A stretch of DNA of 64,000 bases from assembly GCF_009914755.1 (NCBI RefSeq), contig NC_060931.1; one strand, 5' to 3'. Source of the DNA: the human T2T-CHM13v2.0 reference genome, Homo sapiens. Position numbers and translations under genes: made by a program. Below are positions 41,494 through 59,630 of this stretch, piece after piece (the stretch's first letter is position 1; each line of letters opens with the position of its first letter). Below the pieces are notes generated by a model. That model saw only the letters and a program-made list of their open reading frames with translations. It had not been told where the DNA came from and made no database searches.

Positions 41494-41795
41494 GGCCAGG
41501 CACAGTGGCTCACGCCTCTAATCCAACGCTTTGGGAGGCCGAGGCAGGAGGCTCACTCGAGCCCAGGAGTTCGAGACCAGCCTGGGCAACATAGCAAGAC
41601 ACTGTCTCTACAAAAAATTAAAAAATCAGCCAGGCTTGGTGGTGCGTGCCTGTAGTCCCACCTACTTGGGAAGTTGAGGTGAGAGGATTGCTTGAGCTCA
41701 GGAGGTCGAGGCTGCAGTGAGCCAAGACGGCATCACAGCACTCCAGCCTGGATGACAGAGTAAGACCTATCTCTAAAAAAACAACAACAAAAAAT
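41494..41795 (+). mobile_element. AluJ
   Basis: Full dimer in the intron between the exon-3 and exon-4 homologues. Confidence 0.92.
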
Positions 41796-42224
41796 ACAAT
41801 GAGGAACCGATAGAAAACTGCAGCTAATTATCATACAATTGGATCTGGAGCTTTAAAAAAAAAAGTCTGCTTAAATAACGTTAGTGTTTCTTTTTAATTA
41901 ACCAATCTGCAATTTTCCCTCATCTGACAGGTTAGTCAACCTGTCAACAATTTTCCAGAGGAGGGGATCTTGCTTTCATGTGTGACCTGGTGTTTCCTGA
42001 GTCTATTCTGCATTCCAGGGATCTGTTAATTCCCTTAATTCTCCAATCAAAAATACCCCCATTCAAAACCAACCATCACCACCACCTCTATTCAAACATA
42101 AGAATTCAAACATAAGAATAGAAACACATTCTACAACTCGCAAATACAACTTCTAGATGACCATTTTGCATTACTCATCCTACTGCTCTACACTTAGAGA
42201 AGCAAACACCTGTCGGAAATTTAC

Positions 42225-42349
42225 CTTTGTAGCATATGTAGGTTTATCGATGGCTTCATCTCCTATGAAAAAGTCAAGGTCATCAACTCCCCTCAACACT
42301 CTCCTTTGGGCTTGGTCAACTACCTTTGCTGACTCTCTGATGGCAATAC
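42225..42349 (-). pseudogene. ACTR3B/ARP3-like exon 3 homologue
   Basis: ttttttaag|GT; (C)[41 protein letters not shown]|gtaaat; 125 bp. Confidence 0.92.
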
Positions 42350-43814
42350 CTTAAAAAACACACACACACACACAGATTTCTATCACTATCCATATCTATT
42401 TAAATGATCAAAAGGGATAATATCCTAATATACACACAAGTAAATTTTCATTGTTAGGGCTACATGTGGGGTGAAGGGTGCTCACAGAAAAGACAATGTC
42501 AATGAGTACATAAAATAATACAGAAGCAGGCTATTCTATTCTGGTATGATTTTCAGAATGGGACAAAGGAAATGAGCTGCTCTACTTTTATACTGACAGA
42601 AGGTCCATTGCAAAATTTCTCAGTTTTATCTGGAAAAATCCCTCAAGATAGTAAGTGAAATGCCTATACATCAGTAGGTTCCAAATTTAAAATACAATAT
42701 AGAAGGGGACAAAATTCTGTACAATACAGAAAAGGACAGTAAACTGAAAAATAATGTCTATAATAAGACTCTACATCACATAGCCTTAAAATGTACTTTT
42801 AGTCTTGTTACAGGAAGAAAAAAAGCCGTTAAAATTTATCCCATTAAAAGGATAAATTAGAATGTTATTGGTTAATATCTGTAGCCAAAAAAAGTACCAT
42901 AATCAAATAACTATTACATAAAAATTCCAAATATTAATGGCTTTATAATTCATTATTTTAATAAGATCTTAACCTTAAATATTTGGGAATATACTTAGCA
43001 GTAAATAATCATATCAAACTTCACTCCAGAATTTAACAGCTAATGAAATGTGGAGGGCATCACAACGATTCCATTTTCCATTCAAATTTCTAACTCCTGC
43101 TCACACTCTCGAGCTCTCCCATGAGCTATTTTCATCCATCAGGTCTCGACATCAACACCATCTCCTCACTTGAAGGCTTCCTTGACAACCTGCAGTTCTG
43201 CACACATGTTTGATGCTTCCACTGGCCCTTTTATTCCTGCATTAAGGCATTTTTCTGGATGAATTACAATTGTTTAAGATCAGTCTACCAAACTGTAGAT
43301 TCCTTGACGTCAGATAACATCCATCTTTTACTGTCTCTCCAGTGGGAGGCTCAGATGTCAATAACTAATAATAATAATAAAAGTTTACATTTATTGAACA
43401 CTCTGCTAAGTGTTTCCTTTTGCACACTATTTTATTAAATCCTCACAATAGCTTATGAGACAGGTACTATTATCTGCATTTCACAGAAATGGAAGCTTAA
43501 CAATCTATCAAGGTCACACAGCTTCTAAGACACAGACAGGATTTGCACCTAAGCAGGCCGCTGGCTATCAGAATAGACATTAGAGAAATATTTGTTAAAT
43601 TAACATTTTACTCCACTAAAATATTTATTGTGGGTTTGAAAAATGGTCAAACTATACCTAAATAATTCTAACATAAACCTAATTCCATAAATATACTAAT
43701 GGCTTCTCACTGTCCTTAATGTATTTCTGATGAAAGTACGACTCTGTAGCTATACAAATGTAAGTGCTAGATAAAATTTCTCTGAATCAAAATCTTTGTG
43801 ACTTACTACACAAA

Positions 43815-45492
43815 GTGATGTACAGAGTCAGTACAGTCCTTATCAAAATACCAATGGCATCCTTCACAGAAATAGAAAAAATAATCCTAAGTTCACATGG
43901 AACCACAAGAGACCCCAAACAGTCAAGGGAATCTTAAGCAAAAAGAAGAAAGCTGGAGGGATCACACTACCTGACTTCAAAGTACACTATAAAGCTACAG
44001 TAATCAAAACAGCTTGGTACTGGTATAAAAACAGACATATAAACCAGTGGAACAAAGAGCCCAGAAATGAATCCATGTATTTACACTCAACTGATTTTAC
44101 ACAACGGGCAAAGTGTAAATGTTACTGGGGAAACTGGATATCCACATGCAGAAGAATGAAAATGAATGCTTATCTCTCAACCATATACAAAAATTAACTC
44201 AAAATGGATTAAAGACTTCAATGTAAGACCTGAAACTGTGGAACTATTAGAAGAAAACGGTAAAATGCTTTATGACATTGGTCTGGGCAAGGATTTTTTT
44301 GGACAAGACCTCAAGAGCACAGGTAACAAAAATAGATAACTGGAATTACATCAAACTAAAAGTCTTCTGCACAGCAAAGAAAACAATCAACAGAGTGAAG
44401 AGACAATCTATAGAATGGGAGAAACTATTTGCAAACTATCTACCTGACAAAAGATTAATAATCAAAATATATAAAGAACTCAAACAGCAATAAAAAAAAC
44501 AAATAACCCAAGTGAAAAATGAGCAAGAGACCTGAATGGACATTTCTCAAAAGAAGACATACAAATGGCCAACAGGTATATGAAAAAATGCTCAATATCA
44601 CTAATCATCGGGGAAATGCAAATCAAACCCACAATATCAATCACCTCACCCCACTGAGAATGGCAATTATCAAAAAAGCAAAAGATAATAAGTGTTGGTG
44701 ATGATGTGACAAAAAGAGAACCTTTATACACTATAGGTGGGAATGCAAATCAGTAGAGCCATTATGGAAAACAGTATAGAGGCTCCTCAAACAATTAAAA
44801 ATAGAACTACCATACGATCCAACAATCCCACTACTGGGCATATATCCAAAGGAAATGAAATCAGTATGTTAAAGAGCTATCTGCACTCCCATGTTTACTG
44901 TAGCACTATTCACAATAACCAAGATCTGGAATCAACCTACGTGTCCATTAACGGATGAACAGATAAAGAAAATGTGGCTTTATAAACAGTGGAATACTAT
45001 TCAGCCATTTAAAAAAAAAAAGGAAATTCTGCCATCTGCCCACAACATGGATGAACCTCGAGGGCATTATGTTAAGTAAAATAAGCCAGGCACAGAAAGA
45101 CAAATATCACATGGTCTCATTCATATGCAGGATCTTAAAAAGTTGATCTCATAGAGGTAGGCTATAGAATGGTGGTTACAGGGGGCTGAGGCTGTTCGGG
45201 GATGGGAAGGACAAGATGTTGGTCAAAAAATACGTAACTACAGTTAGATAGGAGAAATAAATTACAAGAGATCTAGCATACAACGAGGAGACAACGGTTA
45301 ATGACGATATATTGCATTCTTAAAAAATGTAGAGTACATGTTATGTGCTCTCACCACAAAAATGATGACTATATGAGGTAATGCATTTGTTAATTAGCTA
45401 GATTTAACCATTCACAATGTATATAGACTTCAAAACATCATATTATACACGATAAAAACACACAATGTTATCTGTCAATTTAAAAAAATAAA
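43815..45492 (+). mobile_element. L1MA-type LINE 3' fragment (degenerate ORF2 end + 3' UTR)
   Basis: Classic L1 ORF2 3' words (atcacactacctgacttcaa, ctcaaaatggattaaagac, acatttctcaaaagaagacatac) and an A-rich tail. Confidence 0.92.
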
Positions 45493-45497
45493 ATCAG

Positions 45498-46159
45498 AGC
45501 CAGCTGTGGTGGCTCATGGCTCATGCATGTAATCCCAGAGACTCACGAGGCTAAGGCAGGAGGATAGCTTGAGCTCAGGAGTTTCAGAACAGCCTGGGCA
45601 ACATAGCAAGACCCCATCTCTAAAAAAGCTAAAAAATTAGCCAGGCACAATGGCACACATGCCTGTAGTCCTAGCTACTTGGAAGGATCACTTGAGCCCA
45701 GGAGGTTGAGGCTGCAATGAGCTATGATAGCCCCACTGCACTCCAGCCTGAGCAACAGAGTGAGACCCTATATCAAAAAAGTTTAAATTTTTAAAAACTG
45801 TTTTTAATTAAAAAATTTTTTAAAATCCTTGTGACTGAATTTCAGGAGAGAGTAAATAATGTTTCTAGGCCAGGCACAGTGGCTCACACCTGTAATCCCA
45901 GCACTTTGGGTGGTCGAGACAGGCAGATTGCTTAAGTCTGGGAGTTTGAGACCAGTCTGGGCAACATGGTGAAAACCTGTCTCTACAAAAAAAAAAAAAA
46001 AAAAAAAACACAAAAACTAGCCGGGAGTCCCAACTACTTGGGAGCCTGAGACAAGGGGATTGGGAAATTGAGGCTGCAGTGAGCCATGATCACGCCACCA
46101 CACTCCAGCCTGGGTAACAGAACAAGACCCAGTCACAGACAAAACAAACAAAGAAAAAA
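45498..46159 (+). mobile_element. Two old Alus (45498-45780, 45868-46159)
   Basis: AluJ-like dimers with internal deletions. Confidence 0.88.
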
Positions 46160-46729
46160 CAGTTTCTGATATGAACTAATTTCTTCAAACAGTCCAGCCA
46201 AGTTAATTTTTCTGCACAGCTACTACATGAATGAGCACACAGACTCTGAAGTTATGAAAACCTAGGTTTGAGCACTTACTAGTTAGCTGACTTGAGGAAA
46301 GTTATTATTAACCCTCAGTGCTCTCTCCTCCAAAATGCATATACCACTACCTATCAGGGTGGTGAGTATTAAATGGAACAATGTTTACAAAGTGTTTAGC
46401 AGAGACTGTGGTAGAGAATAGTACTCAATAAACAATATTATCTATACTAAATTGGAGACCAAATTTGTGACTGGCGGAACTGAACAGGTACCCAGATACA
46501 ACCATTCCAGAGAAGAACTGAGAAAAATATTATAATATGTTTATCCAGCAATTCCACTTCTAGAATTTCATTCTAAAGAAATAATCATTGAGTAAATAAA
46601 AGTATATACATAACAACACTCTTTGTAGAACTAATTATAATAGCAACAAATTGAAGGAGGAAAGTTAACTGACCTGAAATCAGAGATCAGGTAAATAAAT
46701 TATATCAAATCCTTAGAAAGAGCTGCTAA

Positions 46730-47107
<378 letters not shown>

Positions 47108-47535
47108 TTAATGTAAATTCAGAAAAATAAGATGGCCAGACAAAGGATTAATACTGGTTAACCATGGATGGTAGAGCTACTGGTGACTTTTGCTTCTTCT
47201 ACTGGGTATATTGGTTTTTCAGCTATTAAAAAGAAGCTAAACAAACATAATAAAAGTAAAAGCTAATCTTTTGTTTGTGAGCGAAAGCATTTAACCTGTT
47301 ACCTCTCAAAATCATTTACCTTTAATGCCTCATTTCCAAATGAAAAGTTTTCAAGGTAAGTCAGGCTATAGAATTTTCTCAAACAGAGAGCTATTAAGCT
47401 AGCTAGAAATTTATATTAAAATTTGTTCCAAGACAAATTAGTAAACATATACAATTATTTCTAAAAGTAGATTATCTGGAATCTCCTATTTACTACAAAT
47501 GAAGAATAACAACACAGCTATAAGAGTGAATTTGA

Positions 47536-47868
<333 letters not shown>

Positions 47869-48375
47869 TCAGAAGGGCATCTTGAGGTAACAGGATAAAA
47901 AGGTGAAAAGAAAAAGACACAGGGCAGAAATCACTTTCCCCACCTCCTTTTCTCATTGCAACTCACTGCCACATTTAAAGTCTCAAAGATATCAAATTAT
48001 AAACAGTGGCACACAAGTAAAGGACAGAACTTCAGCAGAACTGAAGAAAGCACGAGTGAAGTGGAAACACGGGCTGAAATGAGAAGTGAAGAGGACATTG
48101 GAGATCTTGGGCTGAACATGGGCTAGAAAAGTCTTGTGGGCCACGACGACTGAGGTGATCTGTAGAAATAGATAACATCCATCTCTGACCACACCATTCA
48201 ATGGCACACTGACTGACACCACACAGAACCATCTGATGTACAAGTCTGGTATTCCAAAGGGCCACTGCCAATGTGCCAACACAAGTGACAGATACTATCC
48301 TCTAGGCAAGATCAAACTTAATTGTGTGTGAATCCAGAATTAAACTGTCAAGTCAATATAAAAGATTGTAAAGAT

Positions 48376-48736
<361 letters not shown>

Positions 48737-48889
48737 TTAACAACTATACAGGAAGCAACTGTATCCATACAAGAGAATAAAAGTATATAGAGCTTATATT
48801 CCAAATATTTTGTCTATACCTATGGAACAAGATGTGGCCCAAACAGTTCTTATGAACACAATGGAGAAATCTGTCTAAATAATCTATGT

Positions 48890-50429
<1,540 letters not shown>

Positions 50430-50710
50430 TATGTTTCTTTAATTAAGAATAAATAAATAAATATTAAAAAGAATGGCTAAAGGAAGTTCTCTAAAGAGAA
50501 AAGAAATGATAAAAGAAGGAATTTGGGTACATCAAGAAAAAAGAAAGAACAATGGAAAGATCAAAAATATGGATCATAATTATTTTCCTTTTCCTCTTGC
50601 GTTTTCTAAATTATGTCTGGCAGTTGAAGCAAAAATTATAACTGATGTGAATCTCATGAGATTCAATGTATATCAAGGAAAGATTTAAGACAATTATATT
50701 AGAAATGGGG

Positions 50711-50994
50711 GGCCAGGCACAGTGGCTCACACCTGTAATCCCAGCACTTTGGAAGGCCGAGGCAGGTGGATCACTTGAGGAGTTTGAGACCAGCCTGGCC
50801 AACATGGTGAAAACCCATCTCTACTAAAAATACAAAAATTAGCCGGGCGTGGTGGTGGGCACCTGTAATCCCAGCTACTCAGGAGGCTGAGGCAGGAGAA
50901 TCGCTTGAACTCAGAAGGCAGAGGTCACAGTAAGCCGAGATCACACCACTGCACTCCAGCCTGGGCAACAAAGCGAGATTCTGTCTCAAAAAAA
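50711..50994 (+). mobile_element. AluS
   Basis: Full dimer. Confidence 0.93.
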
Positions 50995-51592
50995 GGCACA
51001 CACTGTATGAGTAGTAGCATTACTGCTGAGTAGTATTTAGTGTATGATGTACCACCGTCAGTTTAAATATTAATCTACTGAAGAACATATATTATGCAGA
51101 TGATAAAATTATAGAGATGAAAACAGAGTAGTGGTTAAGAACAGTGGAGGGAGAGGAGTAAGTGTAATTATATAGGAATAGCACCAGAGAGATCTTGGTA
51201 GTGAGAAAATAATTCTGTAACTTTATTACAGTGGTAGTTCAAGGAATCTACAGGTAGAATTACAATGACATAGAACTATACACACACATTGTACCAACAT
51301 CCGTTTCCTGGGGCTGGTCTGTTTTTGTTTTTATTTTTTAGAGACAGGGTCTCACTTCTGGTTATAATATTGCACTACAATTTGTAAGATGTAACCTTTG
51401 GGGGCAAAATAGGAAAAGTGTACACAGGATCTCTCTAAACTATCTTTGCAACTTCCTATTAATCTATAATTATTTCAAAATAAAATATTTTAAATACAGA
51501 GTTTATAAATGACTTAAACTAGAAAATAAAACACTTCAGCTATAATGATGAATCAAAACTAATAAGATTAAACTTAATAATAAAGAACAATG

Positions 51593-51907
<315 letters not shown>

Positions 51908-52426
51908 CTAACAAGCTCTGCAGTTGAAAAAAAATGTGTTTGGGTATAGGATTATAGGATGTGGGTAACCAGAAAAGACATGACTACTTTCCTAAATGCC
52001 AAAAAAGTCATCTGAGGGCAATCTAAGGAAGGTTATCAAGAAGAGTGTATCTAAGGACTTAAGACACAGATACTTTAGAACATTTGCTACAACAGTTGAG
52101 AGACACAACAATAGTAATTTTTTTAATCCAGTATATTTCTCAAAAGACTGTTAGATATTTTTACTAAAGCTTGAAGGAATAAACAATTCCTATCTTATGC
52201 AAACTGTTCCAGAGAATAAAAAAAGAAAGCTAACAAACTCATTTTATGAAGCCCATATAATCCTGATACACAACCAGACAAAAACAAGAAATCAAAATTA
52301 CAGTCCAATCTCACTTTTGAATATTGATGCAAAGTTCTCAAGTAAATATTTGCAATTACAGTTCAGCATGTACTTCATATTTCATAGCCAAGTAGGATTT
52401 ATCCCAAAAATGAAATAATTGTTCAA

Positions 52427-52941
<515 letters not shown>

Positions 52942-53499
52942 TCATCTCAATAACAGAAAAGCTTTGACTAAATGTCAATACTCACTGTCATTCATGATTT
53001 TTTTAATTAAAAAAACCCTCAGATTAAACTAGGAATAGAAGAGCACTGTTTTAATCTGAAAAAGCATTTCCACAAAAACCTACAGTTATCACTAGTAGAG
53101 TACTATAATAAAATCCCATTCTCTTTAAAGTCAGAAAGTCAAAAAAGCACCTGCTGTCTGCAGTTCTGATCACTATTTTAATAGAAGTTCTAGCCAACAC
53201 AGCAAGACCAAGAAAAGAAACACGAAGTGTTAGAATTGGAAGAGACAAAATAACCACTATTTGAAGGCAATACAATAGTCTGCATAGAAAACTTTAAAGA
53301 ATGTGCAGACTGTTAAATAAGAGAGGTCAATAAAGGTTGCCGGATTAAAAAAAAATCTTACAAACCTCAGTAACATTCCCATATGCTGGCAATTATGAAT
53401 TAGAAAATAGAATTTTTAAAATATTTTGACGACAGCAACGAAAACTTAAAGGTACCTAAAAATAAAGCTAGCAAAAACTATGGAAGAGTTGTTTTGGGG

Positions 53500-53848
53500 T
53501 TTTGCTTGTTTTTGAGACAAAGTCTCACTATGTCACCCAGGCAGGAGTGTAGTGGCGCAATCACAACTCACTCCAGCCTCGATCTCCTGGGCTCAAGCAA
53601 TCATCCCACCTCAGCCTCCCGAGTAGCTGGGACCACAGGTGAGTGTCACTACACGTAGCTAATTTATTTTTATTTCTGGTAGAGACAGGGTCTCACTATG
53701 TTGCCAAGGCTGGTCTCAAACTCCTGGGCTCAAGCAATCCTCCCACCTCGGCCTACCAAAGTGCTGCAATTACAGGTGTGAGCCACTGTGTCCAGCCCTC
53801 TGTGTACGAGTGTAAGGGCTTTGTTGTTGTTGTTGTTGTTGTTGCTGT

Positions 53849-53884
<36 letters not shown>

Positions 53885-54168
53885 TGAGACAGCGTCTGGT
53901 TCTGCTGCCCAGGCTGGAGTGCGGTGACGCAATCTCAGCTCACTGCAACCTCGACTCCCAGGTTCAAGCAATTCTCATGCCTCAGCCTTCCAAGTAGCTG
54001 GGATTACAGGTGTGAGCCACCACATCCGGCTAATTTTTGTATTTTTTAGTAGAGACAAGGTTTCACCATGTTGGCTGGGCTGGTCTCTAACTCGTGGCCT
54101 CAAGTGATCCACCCACCTTAGCCCTCCCAAAATGCTGGAATTACAGGTGTGAACCACTGCGCCTGGCC
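53500..54168 (-). mobile_element. Two tandem minus-strand Alus; the second has a (GTT)n tail at 53821-53884
   Basis: Alu consensus; TSD tgtaag(g/a)gcttt around the second element. Confidence 0.92.
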
Positions 54169-54196
54169 TGTAAGAGCTTTTTAAAGAATACTTTAA

Positions 54197-54497
<301 letters not shown>

Positions 54498-54651
54498 TTA
54501 GAACATTAGAACACTACTGAAAAACACGAGAGACATGAATAAACAATAAAACACATATACCATCTTCAAGGATAGGAATACTCAATTCCTATCCACGAAA
54601 GTCAAATTTGACATCAAATTTTTTCCCAATTAATCTATAAATAATAATCAA

Positions 54652-55001
<350 letters not shown>

Positions 55002-56317
55002 TCAAAACCCCATTATAATTTTCATGGAACTTAAGCTGATTCTAAAATGAACACTAAAGAGTAAGAGCCAAAGCTATTCTGAGAAAAAAAATGAGTAGGA
55101 ATCGAACCCACTAGATTAAAACATGATAAAGTAATAGTGTTTAACACTGTGAGTATGGAACGTATGGAACACAGATAAATACATCAAAGAAACAAAAGAC
55201 ACCGAAAACATTCCCAAGCATAAATGGTACCTCCATATGATCAAAGAGGTGTGCCAAATGGGAACGCACTCTTTAATAAATAGTGTTGGGACAACTAGCC
55301 TTCCGCATGGAAAACAAAATTACCTATCTCCTTCACACCATACTCACAAATTAACTTAAAATTTTCTTAGAAAAAATATAGAAAGTCTTTATGACTTTGG
55401 AGTAGAAATGCATTTTTTAAACAGAAACAAATTATAAAAGAAAAAGACTGAAAAGTATTACTATATCAAAATTTTAAATTTCTAGATGATAAAAGATAAT
55501 TTTTAAAAATGTCATAGAATAAAAAAGTATCTGCGAAAAATTCATATTTAACCTCTACAAAGAGTTCCTATAATTCCACTTAAAAATGCAATAGAAAAAT
55601 GGGCAAAGATATGAACAGGCAATGAAAGGTGCTCAACCTTACCAGTAATCTGAGAAATAGAAATTTTTTGAATGAGCCATCATTTTACATTCATTAGACT
55701 GACAAAAATGTGAGTCACACAATACCAATTATCAAGGATCTACGAAACAGAAACTCTCACACACTGCTGATGGGATATCCATCAGAACAGCCTCCTGGAA
55801 GAGTAACGTGGCAATACCTAATTAGGTGTTGCCTAAGGATGAAGGGGTGTACGCTCTGTGACAAAACAATTTCTGATTATTTCCTCTCAGGAAACTAGCA
55901 GATACGCATAAGGAAATTTTTACTGCACCATTTTATATAACAGAGAAGTGAAAAATGCCCAAAAGGAAAAAAATCGTTGTATATTCGCGTTAGAATTCTG
56001 ATGTGGATCTGTATGTGTCAGCACTGATACATGACAAAAACATAATATTGAGGGTTTTTCTTTTTAAAGACCAGGCAGAAAGTTATTTACGATGTGATAC
56101 CATATTGGAAATGTTTGAACTCACAAAACGATGTATCTTTGTACATGTAATATACGGATAAAAATGGAGTAGAAACACAACCAGAAACTATCCACCAGAG
56201 GAAAGAAAAGAGGAAAAGAAGAGAGGGCTGATACTCAACCTATAATGTGCCATTTATTCATTTACTCTGATACAGAGATGAAATATGCAGTAATGACGTG
56301 TTCATTCTTGGTGGTGA

Positions 56318-56704
<387 letters not shown>

Positions 56705-57394
56705 TAAACCTCTTCACACCTGAACTCTTCCAATATTGAATGTCTAAAATGTGTGCCCTTTTTCTCAGCCCCTCGCTGCTCCTCCTCTAGCCTCTTTCTA
56801 CACCACACATTCTCTGATCACCACACATTCTCCGCCTGAAGCTGCGGCAGGACCACCAATATCCTCCAACGACTTAAGAAAAAAAAGTAGGGAATAACTT
56901 TCTTCAAGCAACCAAGCAAATTCTGCACAGAAGCTCCAACAAACCAGACATAAGCAGAGCTGCCCCTGGAGGCAGGGACGGGGCTTGAGGATTCTCTAGT
57001 CCAGTGGGCCAGGCCCCAGAGAGAAGCCTCAAAAACAGTCTGAAAATTCCTGGTATGCAAAATAAAAACAGAATTCCTTAAGAGGACACTTGCAAGTCCC
57101 TTGCCACCCAGTCCTTCCCCACAGGTCTCCACCTCCTGGCGCTCTCCCCACCATCCCACAGCACCCCTGCTTCTCCACACCCCCACAGCACCTCACCTCC
57201 ATGCCACGCAGAGAAAGTCTTGCTCCAGCACTCAGCACACACATCCACACACTTGCACAAAATGGTTCCACTCCCAGCCCCAAGACACGCAGCAGGCCAA
57301 CTGTCCACGGTGACCCAGGGCCTCACTTCCACATCTCAGTATCCTCACTTCTGCCCGAACATCTTCTAACCTTGACTCCTGGGGCCTCTCTTGC

Positions 57395-57401
<7 letters not shown>

Positions 57402-57441
<40 letters not shown>
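57402..57441. repeat. (CT)n microsatellite
   Basis: About 20 CT units. Confidence 0.95.
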
Positions 57442-57444
<3 letters not shown>

Positions 57445-57861
57445 AAACTCAGCCCAACAATGTAACTGTTCTTTTACTCCCACCTCTTTGACATTTGTAT
57501 TATCCTCCTAGCTTCTGTGACTGCTAAGGTTCTGATAGCTGCAGTCTGAGAGCTCTCCTGCTTTTTGACAGTGAATGAAATCCTGATAATAACTGTCTTC
57601 GCTTCCCGTCTCTATTAATGATGACAGGTTAAATGGGGCAGCCAACTGAATGCTACCGACAGCTTTAAATGGCAACACATTAAAGCAAAAGGTGCAAGGT
57701 CAGCCTTTTATAGCTGTCACACTTAACAAGGTTAAAATCTAATTTTCTGCTTTGAAAAGTCAGGGAGTTCAATTTATCAACTCAGCATGGAATGATCGGG
57801 TTCTGGGGCATTCACATTAATGAAATTCACAAAAGACTGATTCATCCTACAGAACACCAAT

Positions 57862-58235
57862 TGTCATGGACTGAACCATGTCCCCACAGAATTCACTACG
57901 CAGAAGCCCTAACCCTCAATGTGACTGTATTTGGAGATGAAACTTTTAGAGAGGTGGTTGGGGTAAATGTGGGGTCCCCATCAATAAGAGTGGTGGCCTT
58001 ATCAGCAGAGAAAGAGACACCAGCGAGGTCCCCAGCAACCCCACACACTGACACAGAGATGAGACCATGGGAGGACACAGAGAGAAGGCAGCCCTCTGCA
58101 GGCCGTGGGGAGAGGCCTCACGGGAAACCAACCCTGACAGCACCTTGATCTTGGACTTCCAACCTCCAGACTATGATAACATTAATTTCCCCAGTCTTTA
58201 GTATTTTTTATGGCAGCCCAAGCACACTAAGACAC
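57862..58235 (+). mobile_element. MLT1A/B-type MaLR LTR
   Basis: tgtcatggactgaa..aattcac..gaagccctaacc..tgtgactgtatttggagat..accttgatcttggacttcc..ctaagaca. Confidence 0.85.
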
Positions 58236-58712
58236 TCGTTTCTGAATTCAAAATGAGGACACAGCAGACCAATCATGCCTGTCATCAGGATAACCCATTC
58301 ATGGCAGCAGAGCGTTTAGATCTAGAAAATCACATTCATGGCCAGTTTTTCAGCAAGCAAGGAACCGGAATGAGGTTACTTAAATGTTCTCAAAGAATCT
58401 GGAGTCCGCTTTCTAGTGATGTGAATACCCACATTCACCAAATACAGCTTTAGCCCTCCCCTGAATAAGCACTAATCAAGCACCTTCTCTCCAGCTGTTT
58501 TTTCCCTGTCGACATTCCCCACTGTTCACAAAGCCTGTTATTACAACATCGTGGCCCCCTAAAAACTTACAATTTCTAAAATCACAACTTATCTTATTAG
58601 AGCTACATGTAGAGAACAGACTTTCACTTTCTCTTGATTAACACATCCTACTCTTTAGAAAACTGTTTCCAAATAATAACCTGAAATATAGATAGTTCCA
58701 GGGAATCCTATC

Positions 58713-59072
<360 letters not shown>

Positions 59073-59574
59073 TAGAACGCCCCATGCCAAACTGCAAGGA
59101 CACTTCTGTTATTCTCTACCGATTAAAACTTAAACAAAAACAGAATACTACTAAACACAATAAAAACAGTCATCAGGCCTATCATTTCCACCAAAAAAAA
59201 AAAAGAATCTTTCAATAGAGTGAATAGTGTAGTACAAGAGATATTCAGTCCATTAAGTTACTAAGCTAACAGACTGTATGTACTTAAAATTACAAATTTA
59301 CCTTAAAGACCAGATATACTTTTTCTAGGCAGTTCAGGCATTTATAATTGAATAAATGGACCCTGCTGACTATCCAAGCTGAGATTCCAACGACAGTGAC
59401 AAGGGGCTTTATCAGAATGGAACAGAAGGACTAGAAAGTTGTGGGGTAACCAGAACGGTCTTCTAAAAGAAGATGGTAAGTACATTAATATACCTTGAAA
59501 AACAGAATCAGAACACTTAGAACAATTCTGAGAAACACAAACCTTTATAAACCCAAGGATAGAGCTTTACTTAC

Positions 59575-59630
59575 ATGAAGGAATAATGAACTGGGGCTCA
59601 GTGTTGCCTGCGTAGCCAAGCTTGGTATAC
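59575..59630 (-). pseudogene. ACTR3B/ARP3-like exon 2 homologue (partial duplicate, ACTR3C-associated region)
   Basis: ttttag|G TAT ACC AAG.. YTKLGYAGNTEPQFIIPS T|gtaagt; 56 bp. Confidence 0.9.

Noticed and set aside
53753-53971. PolyQ/polyT-containing ORF
   Set aside because: Translation of the (CAA)n tail of an Alu.
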